14,644 bases of DNA from Candidatus Jordarchaeia archaeon (lineage in GTDB: Archaea; Asgardarchaeota; Jordiarchaeia; Jordiarchaeales; Jordiarchaeaceae). Location: positions 1-14,644 of the forward strand of contig JAHQXB010000159.1 in the NCBI GenBank assembly GCA_029856435.1, in the 5' to 3' direction. The notes below the pieces were generated by a model, which was given only the letters and a program-made list of their open reading frames with translations, was not told the DNA's origin and ran no database searches. A program made the position numbers and the translations under genes. Positions 1 through 7,750 of this stretch are shown here, one piece after another (the stretch's first letter is position 1; each line of letters begins with the position of its first letter).

Positions 1-57
1 ATGCTGTTTAGGTGGAAATATCCTCACTGGTATTTGTGGCCAAACTTCAATAACAAA

Positions 58-633
58 TTAGGAGACATCAAACCCTACAACAATAGACCCCAGTTCCGGT
101 TTATTCTCTTCCCCAAGCAACCCCTTCAAATACGCATCACCAGCACGATTACAGAAAGCTAAAACCACATTTCTAACCCCAACCCTTCCCTCCAACTCTT
201 CCATTTTGAATCCCCTACTAACAAAAAGAGTGGGGCCCACCTTTTCACTCCTCAGCCTCCGCACCCTCTCCGGAAAAATAACAAGATTTCTACCAAAAAC
301 ACGCACCTCCTCACAAAACTCAGACTTAACCCCCTCAACATCATCAGTTATGAAACCAACAACCACATCCCCCTGCCACAAAACCACATGCGGACCCCTA
401 GGCCACACAAAACTCATATCCGTGGAGCACGCAACCACCACCTCCCTAGACAAAGCTTCCCGAAGACCCTCATTAAAAACACGGCAACCAACCATAACAT
501 GTTCCTCCCCCTCTAACTCACACCGCAAAAGAGAACCACGCTCAACATCATCCAAAACCCTAACCCTTCTGACACCAGGAACCCCACCTAGAAAAGCAAG
601 AACACCATCCACAAGACTCAACCCATCAGACAC
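58..633 (-). CDS. Hypothetical protein, about 191 aa
   Basis: The ORF track gives 58..762. The first 43 codons look like G/T-rich noncoding sequence. GTG at 633 (or TTG at 636) follows GGTG motifs, and from there the protein has a globular, charged composition (SDGLSLVDGVLAFLGGVPGVRRVRVL...). No family recognised. Confidence 0.7.
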   Translation of the reverse strand: MSDGLSLVDGVLAFLGGVPGVRRVRVLDDVERGSLLRCELEGEEHVMVGCRVFNEGLREALSREVVVACSTDMSFVWPRGPHVVLWQGDVVVGFITDDVEGVKSEFCEEVRVFGRNLVIFPERVRRLRSEKVGPTLFVSRGFKMEELEGRVGVRNVVLAFCNRAGDAYLKGLLGEENKPELGSIVVGFDVS

Positions 634-1300
634 CAAGACACCACACCAAAAATTCCTTTTCAACCACAAGAAAACCCAAATATCCATCCACAATTTGCAA
701 AAAATGCAGAACCCATCCAGATTCGCCGTGAAAGCTTCAACTTGTCCAAGGCACATTAACAAATGCAGTTTTTAAATACCTTTCGAGTTTATCCAGCAAT
801 TTGTAAAATAAAACACATAGTGGAAAAAGAGGAATTAAAGAAAAACGACTTCTCATTTTTGTGGACTTAATCGGATGGGCGAGGAGAAGCTAAATTTTTA
901 TTAAAAAGTTTGGGAAAGTAAAGGGGCATAATTAATTTGGTGTCGCCTGCTGCGTGTCATTTGTTTTTCGGCTTTTGTCACACCCCTTTATTCTTGAGGG
1001 CATTCTATTTACCTTTATGGGTTTTTCCTCTATGAGAATTTCAATCCCTCCTCCGAGTAATCCCCCTGGAGCTTGAGTATCTCCTCTGGTGGAGTTGCAT
1101 ACGCCCCTAGTTTTTCAGGCAGTTTCTCGACTGGAATTACATGGCACTTTTAGCCACACCACCAAACAATAAAACACCCCCTGAAACACGACAAAACCAT
1201 CCACAAAAAAATAGATCCACAACAATAATTAGAAGTACTACTATACTACCAATAAGACAACACAAATCTAAAAAACAATCCCCAGCAAAACAGTCACAAA

Positions 1301-1391
1301 CAGCGGAAACCTTTTAAACAACCCCCAAGAAAATACAATTGAAACTCAAAACAAAAAATGCCAAACAAAAACGAATAAGGGTGATTTAGAA
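1301..1391 (+). promoter_or_regulatory. Putative archaeal promoter and RBS of lsrF
   Basis: GGAAAC (BRE-like) followed by TTTTAAA (1312-1318, TATA-like). GGGTGA at 1379-1384 lies 7 nt before ATG 1392. Confidence 0.45.
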
Positions 1392-2183
1392 ATGGATTGG
1401 GGAATGAAAAATAGACTATCCCGAATAATAAACCCAAAAACCGGACACACCGTAATGCTCGCAGTAGACCACGGCTACTTTCAGGGGCCGACGTCCGGTT
1501 TGGAGCGTCCGGGTGAGGTTATCACTCCGTTGCTTCCTTGGGCTGATGCGGTGATGCTTACTCGTGGTGTGCTTCGTAACACTATTGATGCTACTATTTC
1601 TAACCCTGTTGTACTTAGGGTTAGTGGTGGTACCAGTATTCTTAAGGATGATTTGAGCAACGAGGATATTACTACTTCAATGCGGGATGCGGTTCGCCTC
1701 AACGCTGCAGCTGTGGCTCTTTCAATCTTTGTTGGTGCGCCTAATGAGAAGCAGACTTTGGTGAACTTAGCGAGGTTGGTTGATGAGGGTGAAGAGTATG
1801 GTATGCCGGTTTTGGCTGTTACTGCTGTGGGTAGAGATATGGTGCGTGATGCTCGTTATTTGGGTTTGGCTAGCCGCATCGCCGCTGAGCTTGGTGCAAG
1901 CATGGTGAAAACGTATTACTGTGAGAATTTTGGGAAGGTGGTGGAGGGTTGCCCGGTTCCCATAGTTATTGCGGGTGGTAAAAAGATTCCGGAGCCTGAA
2001 GCGTTGAAGCTGGCCTACAATGCTATCCAGGAGGGCGCTGTGGGCGTGGACATGGGCCGAAATATTTTTCAGAGTGAGGATCCTATTGCCATGATTCAGG
2101 CTGTTCGTTCCATTGTTCAAGAGGGTTATACGCCGGATGAGGCTTTGGAGCTGTTTAATAGTTTGAAGGGTAAGAAGAAGTAG
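1392..2183 (+). CDS. lsrF: LsrF-like class I (DhnA-family) aldolase/thiolase (3-hydroxy-5-phosphonooxypentane-2,4-dione thiolase family)
   Basis: [13 protein letters not shown]-terminus, [30 protein letters not shown] with the Schiff-base Lys, IAGGKK and [10 protein letters not shown] are all typical of the LsrF subfamily. Confidence 0.9.
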   Translation: MDWGMKNRLSRIINPKTGHTVMLAVDHGYFQGPTSGLERPGEVITPLLPWADAVMLTRGVLRNTIDATISNPVVLRVSGGTSILKDDLSNEDITTSMRDAVRLNAAAVALSIFVGAPNEKQTLVNLARLVDEGEEYGMPVLAVTAVGRDMVRDARYLGLASRIAAELGASMVKTYYCENFGKVVEGCPVPIVIAGGKKIPEPEALKLAYNAIQEGAVGVDMGRNIFQSEDPIAMIQAVRSIVQEGYTPDEALELFNSLKGKKK

Positions 2184-2237
2184 TTAGAAAATGGGCGTAT
2201 TTTCTTCTTTTTATTGATTTGATGTGGGGAGATTGTT

Positions 2238-3263
2238 TTGCGTGTGGCTATGTATTATAATAATAATGATGTTCGGTTGGAGGAGATGCCTAAGCCTAAG
2301 ATTGGTCCTGGTGAGGTTTTAGTTAGGGCTATGGCTTGTGGTGTTTGTGGTAGCGATGTTATGGAGTGGTATCGGGTTAGGAAGGCTCCCCGCGTTTTGG
2401 GTCATGAAATGACTGGGGAGTTTGTTGAAATCGGTGCGGGTGTGAAGTATAGGATTGGGGATCGGGCTTTTGTCTCGCATCATGTTCCTTGTAATACTTG
2501 TCGGTACTGTTTGACTGGCCATCATACTGCTTGTGAGACTTTGCATACTACTAATTTTGATCCGGGTGGTTTTGCGGAGTTCGTTCGGGTTCCTAGTTTG
2601 CAAGTGGATCGTGGGATTTATTTGTTGCCTGATGATATGAGTTTTGAGGTTGGGACTTTTATTGAGCCTTTGGCGTGTTGTGTTAGGGGGCAGAGGCAGG
2701 CTGGAGTTAGGCCGGGTGACTCAGTCTTTGTTATTGGGACGGGTATTTCTGGGATTTTGCATATATTGTTGGCTCGCAGTCTCGGTGCCGGGATGATTAT
2801 TGGTTCAGATATTAGTAGGTATCGTCTTGATGCTGCTAAGAGGTTTGGTGCTAATGCAGTTATTGATGCTAGGGAGGGGGATGTTGCTGAGAGGCTTCGG
2901 GAGGTTAATGACGGCAGGCTTGCTGATAAGGTGTTTGTGTGTACGGGTGCGGTTCAGGCTGCGGAGACTGCTTTGAGGTGTGTTGATAGGGGTGGCACGG
3001 TTCTGTTTTTTGCGGTGCCTGAGCCGTCGATTAATGTTGCGGTGAATTTTAATGAGATGTGGCGAAATGAGGTTACTTTGACTACTTCTTATGGTGCTAG
3101 TCCCGCCGATTTGGCGACTGCGCTTGAGCTTTTGCGTTGGGGTAACTTGAATGTTAGAGATATGATTACGCATCGTTTCGGTTTGGCTGAGGCGGGTGAG
3201 GCGTTCAAACTTGTTGCCAAGGCTGAGAACTCCCTTAAAGTTATCATAGAGCCTTACAGATAA
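2238..3263 (+). CDS. Zn-dependent medium-chain dehydrogenase (sorbitol/L-iditol/threonine dehydrogenase-like)
   Basis: TTG start. Catalytic Zn motifs CGSD and GHE, structural Zn CNTCRYC...C, EPLAC, and Rossmann GTGISG are present, with C-terminal ITHRF...KVII. Co-oriented 54 bp after lsrF. Confidence 0.92.
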   Translation: MRVAMYYNNNDVRLEEMPKPKIGPGEVLVRAMACGVCGSDVMEWYRVRKAPRVLGHEMTGEFVEIGAGVKYRIGDRAFVSHHVPCNTCRYCLTGHHTACETLHTTNFDPGGFAEFVRVPSLQVDRGIYLLPDDMSFEVGTFIEPLACCVRGQRQAGVRPGDSVFVIGTGISGILHILLARSLGAGMIIGSDISRYRLDAAKRFGANAVIDAREGDVAERLREVNDGRLADKVFVCTGAVQAAETALRCVDRGGTVLFFAVPEPSINVAVNFNEMWRNEVTLTTSYGASPADLATALELLRWGNLNVRDMITHRFGLAEAGEAFKLVAKAENSLKVIIEPYR

Positions 3264-3631
3264 TTTTCATGGTTTTTTCTTTTCAACTATTATTTTTTGG
3301 GAGTTGTGGGGGTTTGGTGTGGTAGGAGTTTTGTGAAGTGTTTGTGTGATTTGTTGGGTGGGTTTTTTGAGCCGTGCTGGTGTGGAATCTGCTTTACGTG
3401 TTTGATTAGGATTCTGGGTGTGTATGTGTTTTTTAATCGAAAAATTTTTTCACTGATGTGAAGTATTGTGTGAGGGCTGCTTGAGGGGGAGATATTAGTA
3501 GCTGGGAGGATAGTTCATTGTATCTTTCTTTGCTGCATATTGTGAGTTGATGTGTGATTGTGGAATGAGAGCAGTTGATGAGGTTTTGCCTGTTGTAAAG
3601 TTTTTGAGCTGGCGAGGTGAATAGAATATCG

Positions 3632-3866
3632 AAATGTTCCTCAAAGGGAACAATTGGAGAAAACCAAGCCACGCTGTGCGGATGAAGCTTGGGATATCCG
3701 AAAAGGGCTTCGGTACGTTCGGCAGCGGGCGAGTGCCAGGCTCGATGTCTGGCATAGGGGCTGTTGTGAACCAGCCCATAACTGAGGCATTGCCGTCCAG
3801 TGAACTTAGTGGTGTTGTTCGAGGCACGACCTCAGAAGCCGCCCTTCTCAAAGGGTGGTAGCTCAC
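3632..3866 (+). mobile_element. Non-autonomous IS200/IS605-family remnant: right end plus structured omegaRNA/reRNA-like scaffold, no tnpA/tnpB
   Basis: Ends in GAAGCCGCCCTT-CTCA-AAGGGTGGTAGCTCAC: a 9-bp subterminal hairpin (3838-3846/3851-3859) followed by TCAC (3863-3866), the typical IS605-group right-end layout. The block is more GC-rich than its flanks and carries several further hairpins. A hairpin at 3635-3652 shares CTCAAAGGG with the right-end hairpin. Confidence 0.65.
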
Positions 3867-3905
3867 TGATAGGGCAAAAGGGTTTGTGGTGTGGAGGGGT
3901 GTATT

Positions 3906-4220
3906 TTAGGTTTCGCTGTTCCAGTCTAGGTCTTCGTCTTTGTCTCTGTCTTTGAGTGTGGCAGTGAGCTGTTTTTCGAGGTTTTGGAAATAGTCTGTTA
4001 TGTCGAATGTGAAGCATTTTTGGTGTCCGCAGTACTGGCATTCGGTTTCCAGCACGTCATAGCTTCTGTTTTCGCTGTGAATTAGGTGCTGGATGTGTAG
4101 TTTGTAGGCGTTTATTTTGCCGCAGCTTCCGCAGGGTTGCTGGGATATGAAGATGTATTCGTCGCGCACACATTTTACCTCGACGGCCTTATCTTTATCC
4201 AACTTGTCCATCTGTTTCAT
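3906..4220 (-). CDS. Small Zn-ribbon-like hypothetical protein
   Basis: 104 aa with PCGSCG and ECQYCG CxxC pairs, DEY and YDVL motifs, and FTFDITDYF. GGTG lies upstream of the ATG, with TTTATCTA (TATA-like) further upstream. Confidence 0.8.
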   Translation of the reverse strand: MKQMDKLDKDKAVEVKCVRDEYIFISQQPCGSCGKINAYKLHIQHLIHSENRSYDVLETECQYCGHQKCFTFDITDYFQNLEKQLTATLKDRDKDEDLDWNSET

Positions 4221-4373
4221 CTCGCACCATTGTTTCCTTGGGTTAGCTTGTTAGAAGGGAAGCACCTTATTATAGATAAATGTTCCCCCCTTTTGGTTTT
4301 TGCTTTGTGAGGTGTTATTATTTTCGGTTTTTGGAATTTTTGTGTCTCTTCCCTTCTCTGCTTGTCACTTAGT

Positions 4374-4470
4374 TCAGCTTATAGGTACCACTATCATAGG
4401 GGCTAGGAGCTTGAAGGAGGCCAGTTTTGGCTAGGTGAATTAAAGGGGGCCTCTGGGTAGCTACCTTTAA
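4374..4470 (-). pseudogene. Short degenerate N-terminal remnant of a PIN-domain (DUF3368-like) toxin
   Basis: Minus strand reads KVATQRPPLIHLAKTGLL, then after a frameshift KLLAPMIVVPIS*. This matches the VVxDxSPLIxLAKIGxLxLL...IxVP start of the PIN proteins usually paired with UPF0175. It overlaps the end of the UPF0175 gene. Confidence 0.55.
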
Positions 4471-4756
4471 TTTCTTTGATTTCACGCTTTATCTCCTCTA
4501 AGGTTGCTGGGAAGGGGATGTTATACCGTTTTAGGCTGTCAAGATTCTCTCTGTATGTTGCATCAGCCATTTCGACGGCGCGCCACACTGTAATTTTTCT
4601 CTCCCTCAGGAGTTGTAGGGCCTCCTTCAGCTTGAACTCTCTTATACCTTGCTTCAACATTTCTCTGATAACTACTTATCTGTCAACGCCCCTCTTTTTC
4701 GAAATTCTAAGTTCCTCTAGTATTTCCCTTTCCACTCTTGAAGAAACAGTTTCCAT
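4403..4756 (-). pseudogene. UPF0175-family (RHH + HTH) putative antitoxin with an in-frame premature stop
   Basis: ATG 4756 METVSSRVEREILEELRISKKRGVDR, TAA at 4678-4676, then the same frame continues VVIREMLKQGIREFKLKEALQLLRERKITVWRAVEMAD...NIPF. This joins track ORFs 4676..4858 and 4403..4660. Confidence 0.8.
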
Positions 4757-5049
4757 GTGTATACATTTTATTATACTTGTAAGGATGGGGTAGCCGAAAT
4801 TTTTTTCTGTGTTGAGGGTCAATTTTTCGCGAATTTCCAAGTTCTTTTTGGGATGCAAGTTTTTTGCGTGTCTTGTTTGGAGCGCGGTTTTTGGCTGTTT
4901 GCTTGTGTCTTTTTTCCGTTGGGCAAAAGAAAGAATGAAAAAGAGCTTTTAGATATGGGAGTCTTTTTATCGCTTTTGGAGGGGCCATAATCTCGAAAAG
5001 CTATAGCCTTTAAATTGAATCCGCACTGAAAAAGTCGAATAATGTGTCA

Positions 5050-5074
5050 AAGCCCTTTTATGGGCTTCTTTTTT
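5050..5074 (+). terminator. Hairpin plus T-tract (terminator-like)
   Basis: AAGCCC-TTTTAT-GGGCTT followed by C and a run of T. Function is uncertain because no + strand gene ends directly upstream. Confidence 0.3.
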
Positions 5075-5117
5075 ATTGAAACTTATACCATATAATTAGT
5101 TATGGAGGTTTTGTGTT

Positions 5118-5327
5118 ATGACCTGCTATTTTAGGCATATACAAAATATTTTCGGGAAGGCGGGAATAACTGTTACGGAGAGAAACAAGAGGGAAATCGA
5201 TCGAGTCATTCATCGCATTGTGGGTGTGGAATATAAGAATTGTTCAGCTGTTTGGAGGGAGGTTAAGAAGAGAATAGCTGAGGATGAAGATGGATTTATT
5301 TCAGAGCTTAAGAAGGCTTGGGGCTAG
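5118..5327 (+). CDS. Small hypothetical protein (MTCYFRH N-terminus)
   Basis: 69 aa with a GGAGGT RBS at 5104-5109 and GAAACTTATA (BRE/TATA-like) at about 5078-5087. Helical, charged composition. It resembles a small conserved protein family of anaerobic archaea (from memory, not searched). Confidence 0.8.
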   Translation: MTCYFRHIQNIFGKAGITVTERNKREIDRVIHRIVGVEYKNCSAVWREVKKRIAEDEDGFISELKKAWG

Positions 5328-5475
5328 TGCTTTCCACACATACTTGTAAATCCTACAAAAGGGAATGTAGTTGAACTGGGGGTATGGTGGAGGGGGATTA
5401 GCCCTTCAATTTTTCAGTTTTGTTGCTTATCGAGTGGTAAAACTTTTTTCAACGGTTGAGGAATTTGGACTTACA

Positions 5476-5580
5476 GGGCTAGATACGTACAGATATATGT
5501 TTTATTATGTTGATACGTATATACAGTTAATTTTATATGTTAGTTTGTACAATTTATGAGTACAATTATTGATGGAGGAG
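5476..5580 (+). promoter_or_regulatory. Promoter and candidate operator repeats upstream of the methyltransferase cluster
   Basis: GATACGTA at 5482 and 5512, TTTTATAT (TATA-like) at 5531-5538, GTACAATT at 5547 and 5560, and GGAGG RBS at 5574-5578. Confidence 0.5.
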
Positions 5581-5587
5581 AAACAGA

Positions 5588-7084
5588 ATGCCCAAACCCG
5601 GTGTTCCTTTACCGTCGCGTGGATTGTGGAAATTGTTAGATAAAGAAGAATTGGATATAATTGATGCTGCCGGTTACAAAATTCTGCAAGATGTGGGCGT
5701 CTTCATAGATGATGAGGGACTGCTGAAGATGGCTGAGGAAATGGGATGCAAGGTAGACTATGGAAAGAAGGTTGTTACAGAGATTCCTGAACACATAGTT
5801 AAAGAGAATGTGCGCAAGGCTCCTAGAAGCTTCATATTAGCGGGTAGAGTTCCGGAGTGGGATGTTGTCATTGAGGGACCAGCAAGAAAGCAGTTCTGGT
5901 CGGTGGAAAGCGGAGCCACAGATTTCCTTGAGTGGGATAAAGAGAAGAAGACATATTATCGCAGGAGAGCAAGCGCAAAAGATGTTTTGTATGGAGCCAA
6001 AATCGTTGACGGCATAGATGACTTCGATTTCAACATCTACATTTGGGATGCTGCTGAAGAGGGGCAAAAGGGACTACCCTCAGAACTAAACAAGATGAAT
6101 GCCATGCTCCAAGGCACTGTGAAGTGGGCTGGCCACCTATGCACAACAGTTTCTAAAATTGAGGAATACGATTATGTGGAAAGGCTGGGTGAACAGGTAG
6201 CGGGAGGCGCAGAGGAGCTAAGAAAGAGACCACTCTTCTGGACCGTGTACAACTACATTGGTACACTGCAGTTGAACAGGTTCAATAGCTGGTTGTTTAG
6301 AGCTTCAGTTAAACACCATTGGCCAATAATGCCCGCCGTGACTGCTGCTGCACCTTTACAAGGCCCAGCTATGGCCGCGGGAAACACTGCAATTAGCCAT
6401 GCGGGTGTACTCTTCATGATAGCGCTTAAACAGTTCCACGACCCGGGTATAGCGGCGGCGGTAAACAACATAGTTTTCTGCTTAGATCCATGGACAGGAA
6501 GAGGAAATGCTTACTCTCCGCATTTTCTGTTCGGCTCGGGAGCCATGAATCAGCTATGGCACGAACTCTACGGTCTTCCAACCACACAGTATGGTGGCAC
6601 ATTCGCGGCAAGCCTCGACCAGCAAATCTTCAATCTTTCGAGGTGGATGGCTTTACAAATGGCGATGGGGACAGACATGATATTTATACAGTGTGGAACT
6701 GAAGCCTTTGATCCTGCGTTAATACCTATAACTGCTGAGATAGCAAGGGCGGGTAGATGCACTATGGCTGAATTTGATCAGATCCTTCCCACACCTGAGA
6801 ATCTTGCTCTTGACGTGATTAAAGAGGTTGGAGTCAAGGGAGAGAAATGGATGACACACAAATATAATCTTGATCGCATGAAGAGGTTCCCCAAAACTTT
6901 CTGTCTTGATGACAGGGCCTTCGACGCTTGGCTGCAGGCTGGTGCACCATCTTGGGCTTATGATATTTGCAGGGAGAAATTGAAGGAGTTGGAGAAGCAC
7001 GAACCGGAGCCACTGCCGAAGGATGTGGTTGAGCGGATGAATGCCATTGTGAAAGAGGGAAATGAGAAGCTGAAGGTGGGATAA
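5588..7084 (+). CDS. mttB: MttB-superfamily (trimethylamine methyltransferase family) substrate:corrinoid methyltransferase, non-pyrrolysine, divergent
   Basis: 498 aa with LDKEELDIIDAAGYKILQDVGV, APRSFILAGRVPEWD, GPA..AGN...SHAGVL, LYGLP, ENLALDVIKEVG..G...THKY, DDRAFDAWLQAG and C-terminal HEPEPLP. There is no in-frame TAG. The symbol denotes family only; the substrate is unknown. Confidence 0.88.
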   Translation: MPKPGVPLPSRGLWKLLDKEELDIIDAAGYKILQDVGVFIDDEGLLKMAEEMGCKVDYGKKVVTEIPEHIVKENVRKAPRSFILAGRVPEWDVVIEGPARKQFWSVESGATDFLEWDKEKKTYYRRRASAKDVLYGAKIVDGIDDFDFNIYIWDAAEEGQKGLPSELNKMNAMLQGTVKWAGHLCTTVSKIEEYDYVERLGEQVAGGAEELRKRPLFWTVYNYIGTLQLNRFNSWLFRASVKHHWPIMPAVTAAAPLQGPAMAAGNTAISHAGVLFMIALKQFHDPGIAAAVNNIVFCLDPWTGRGNAYSPHFLFGSGAMNQLWHELYGLPTTQYGGTFAASLDQQIFNLSRWMALQMAMGTDMIFIQCGTEAFDPALIPITAEIARAGRCTMAEFDQILPTPENLALDVIKEVGVKGEKWMTHKYNLDRMKRFPKTFCLDDRAFDAWLQAGAPSWAYDICREKLKELEKHEPEPLPKDVVERMNAIVKEGNEKLKVG

Positions 7085-7087
7085 GAG

Positions 7088-7750
7088 ATGTCTGAGAAGG
7101 AAAAAATCTTGAAAAAGTTGGCAGAGGCAGTCGTGAATTTTGATGAGGCTGCGGCTATGGCTGCTGTGGATGAGGCGATTAAGGCAAAGATTAACCCTGT
7201 TGATGCTCTCACTAAGGGACTTACTGTGGGTATCAAGGAAGTTGGCGATAAGTTTGGGAGAGGCGAAATCCCTCTACCCTTCTTGATGTTGTCCGCTCAG
7301 GTTATGGAAAAGGCTTCTGAAAAGCTCCAGCAACACATCCCGAAGGAAGAAGTTCCCGAACCCTTGGGTGTAATGGTGATTGGAACCGTTGAAGGCGATA
7401 TACACAACTTGGGCACAAACATTGTTACCGCCGTGTTCAGCGCGTCCGGAATTAAAATGTACAATATTGGCGTTGACCAGCCAGTAGACAATTTCATAAA
7501 AAAGGCCCTAGAAGTCGATGCTGACATTATTGGGGCATCAGCGCTTATGAGCAATACACTTCAGCAGCAAAAGTTTCTAGGCGAGGCCCTTAAGAAAAGG
7601 GGGCTCAGAGACCGGTTCATATATATGGTGGGCGGTGGAGCCTTTCCCGGTGAAGAATGGTTAAAGGAAGTAGACGCCGACGACTATGCCACAGACGTAA
7701 TTATAGGGCTGGAAAAAGCCAAAAAACTCCTAGAAGAAATAAAAGAATAA
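7088..7750 (+). CDS. Corrinoid (B12-binding) methyl-acceptor protein, MttC/MtbC/MtgC-like
   Basis: N-terminal four-helix cap (LTKGL..GIKEVGDKF..GE..LP.LMLSA), GTVEGDIHNLG (DxHxxG), GASALM (SxL) and YMVGGG. Starts 3 nt after the mttB stop. Confidence 0.93.
   Translation: MSEKEKILKKLAEAVVNFDEAAAMAAVDEAIKAKINPVDALTKGLTVGIKEVGDKFGRGEIPLPFLMLSAQVMEKASEKLQQHIPKEEVPEPLGVMVIGTVEGDIHNLGTNIVTAVFSASGIKMYNIGVDQPVDNFIKKALEVDADIIGASALMSNTLQQQKFLGEALKKRGLRDRFIYMVGGGAFPGEEWLKEVDADDYATDVIIGLEKAKKLLEEIKE

Noticed and set aside
206-775. 189-aa plus-strand ORF
   Set aside because: Antisense shadow of the minus-strand gene. Its T/S/P/K richness simply mirrors the C/A skew.
3495-3866. ORFs 3495..3866 (-), 3634..3861 (+) and 3433..3672 (-) as real proteins
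   Set aside because: They have no recognisable motifs and overlap each other. The block is better explained as an IS605 right end with RNA structure. The + frame may be a vestigial tnpB tail.
3640-3870. SRP RNA, RNase P RNA or hammerhead ribozyme
   Set aside because: GCCAGGC is not followed by the SRP helix-8 GGAA/GCAGC motif. There are no RNase P GAGGAAAGUCC or ACAGAA cores and no complete CUGANGA...GAAA hammerhead core.
4707-4990. Overlapping ORFs 4707..4988 (-) and 4757..4990 (+)
   Set aside because: Low-complexity, skew-driven translations with no family motifs. A TATA-like TTTAAA upstream of 4988 was noted but is not sufficient.
5371-5559. 62-aa ORF upstream of mttB
   Set aside because: It overlaps the promoter repeats, is very AT-rich and has no RBS.
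5588-7084. Pyrrolysine (amber read-through) in the MttB homolog
   Set aside because: The ORF is uninterrupted with no in-frame TAG, and no pyl genes or tRNA-Pyl are in the window.
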